Below, one piece after another: positions 63,590-64,000 of a DNA stretch of 64,000 nt. The stretch is from contig JALDTO010000237.1 in the NCBI GenBank assembly GCA_023515725.1, forward strand, positions 1 to 64,000, given 5' to 3'. The stretch is from Amoeboaphelidium protococcarum X5 (taxonomy: Eukaryota; Fungi; Aphelidiomycota). Position 1 is the first letter of the stretch, and every line of letters starts with the position of its first letter. The position numbers were made by a program, and so were the translations under genes. Below the pieces are notes generated by a model that saw only the letters and a program-made list of their open reading frames with translations, was not told the DNA's origin and did no database searches.

Positions 63590-63872
63590 TATAGATTCAT
63601 CAAAAAGAGCGTTTCTTGTTTCACATTCAGCCGCGCGGTGTGAGTATCGATGAATCAACGAGCGCGCGCTCCAAGAAGATTCGTTCCGATCGAGTCAGGC
63701 AGGCTTCAGGCAGGAGAAAACGTCAATCAATCAACGGCAGCAGAAACATATTCAAATTCAACGGTAGATCTTTCCGCATTGTTTATTTGTTTTGTTTACA
63801 ATATATCACTTTTTATAAAATCGCTTTTAATATCAACACAATAGCTGAAACAATTAATATTAATTCTAGAAT

Positions 63873-64000
63873 ATGAGTAATAATAACGAAGAGTTCAAGG
63901 ATGCTGTTCCTATCTAGGTGTAATCGACGATTATGGTTGCATCCTATGACAATGTGAAAGTGGTAGATCTATCAGAGAATGGTGCCAAGGTGGCTGAAGG
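63873..64000 (+). CDS. 5' start of an unidentified gene running off the window
   Basis: MSNNNEEFKDAVPIQVQSTIMVASYDNVKVVDLSENGAKVAE is open to the window end. Confidence 0.45.

Overview
Gene-dense, AT-rich eukaryotic DNA. The supplied ORF track is fragmented because this genome does not use the standard code: TAA and TAG encode Gln, and TGA is the only stop. Re-read that way, about 25 intact genes appear, mostly intron-poor, with short (54-87 nt) GT-AG introns. Housekeeping genes: eIF3d, spastin, both PheRS subunits, ILV6, sedlin, U1-70K, exomer ChAPs, TFIIIC-Tfc4, Rrp46, PCID2, Bos1, an FG nucleoporin, PEX2 and NDUFA2. Fungus-like gene content plus the TAR=Gln code points to an aphelid such as Amoeboaphelidium protococcarum (inference). 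The first 8.6 kb is an array of about 45 copies of a 176-177 bp satellite with higher-order structure and internal palindromes, a candidate centromeric or heterochromatic repeat. It abuts a 5'-truncated CCA-adding enzyme pseudogene and a 1-kb element with 163-bp inverted termini carrying an orphan ORF. Likely host-interaction genes: a secreted GH5, two tandem expansin-like genes, a GPI-anchored VWD protein, a secreted orphan, and two Crinkler-type nuclease-fold effector genes. Decayed Tc1, piggyBac and chromovirus (Ty3/Gypsy) remnants are also present. All translations and family calls were made by eye and are unverified by database search.
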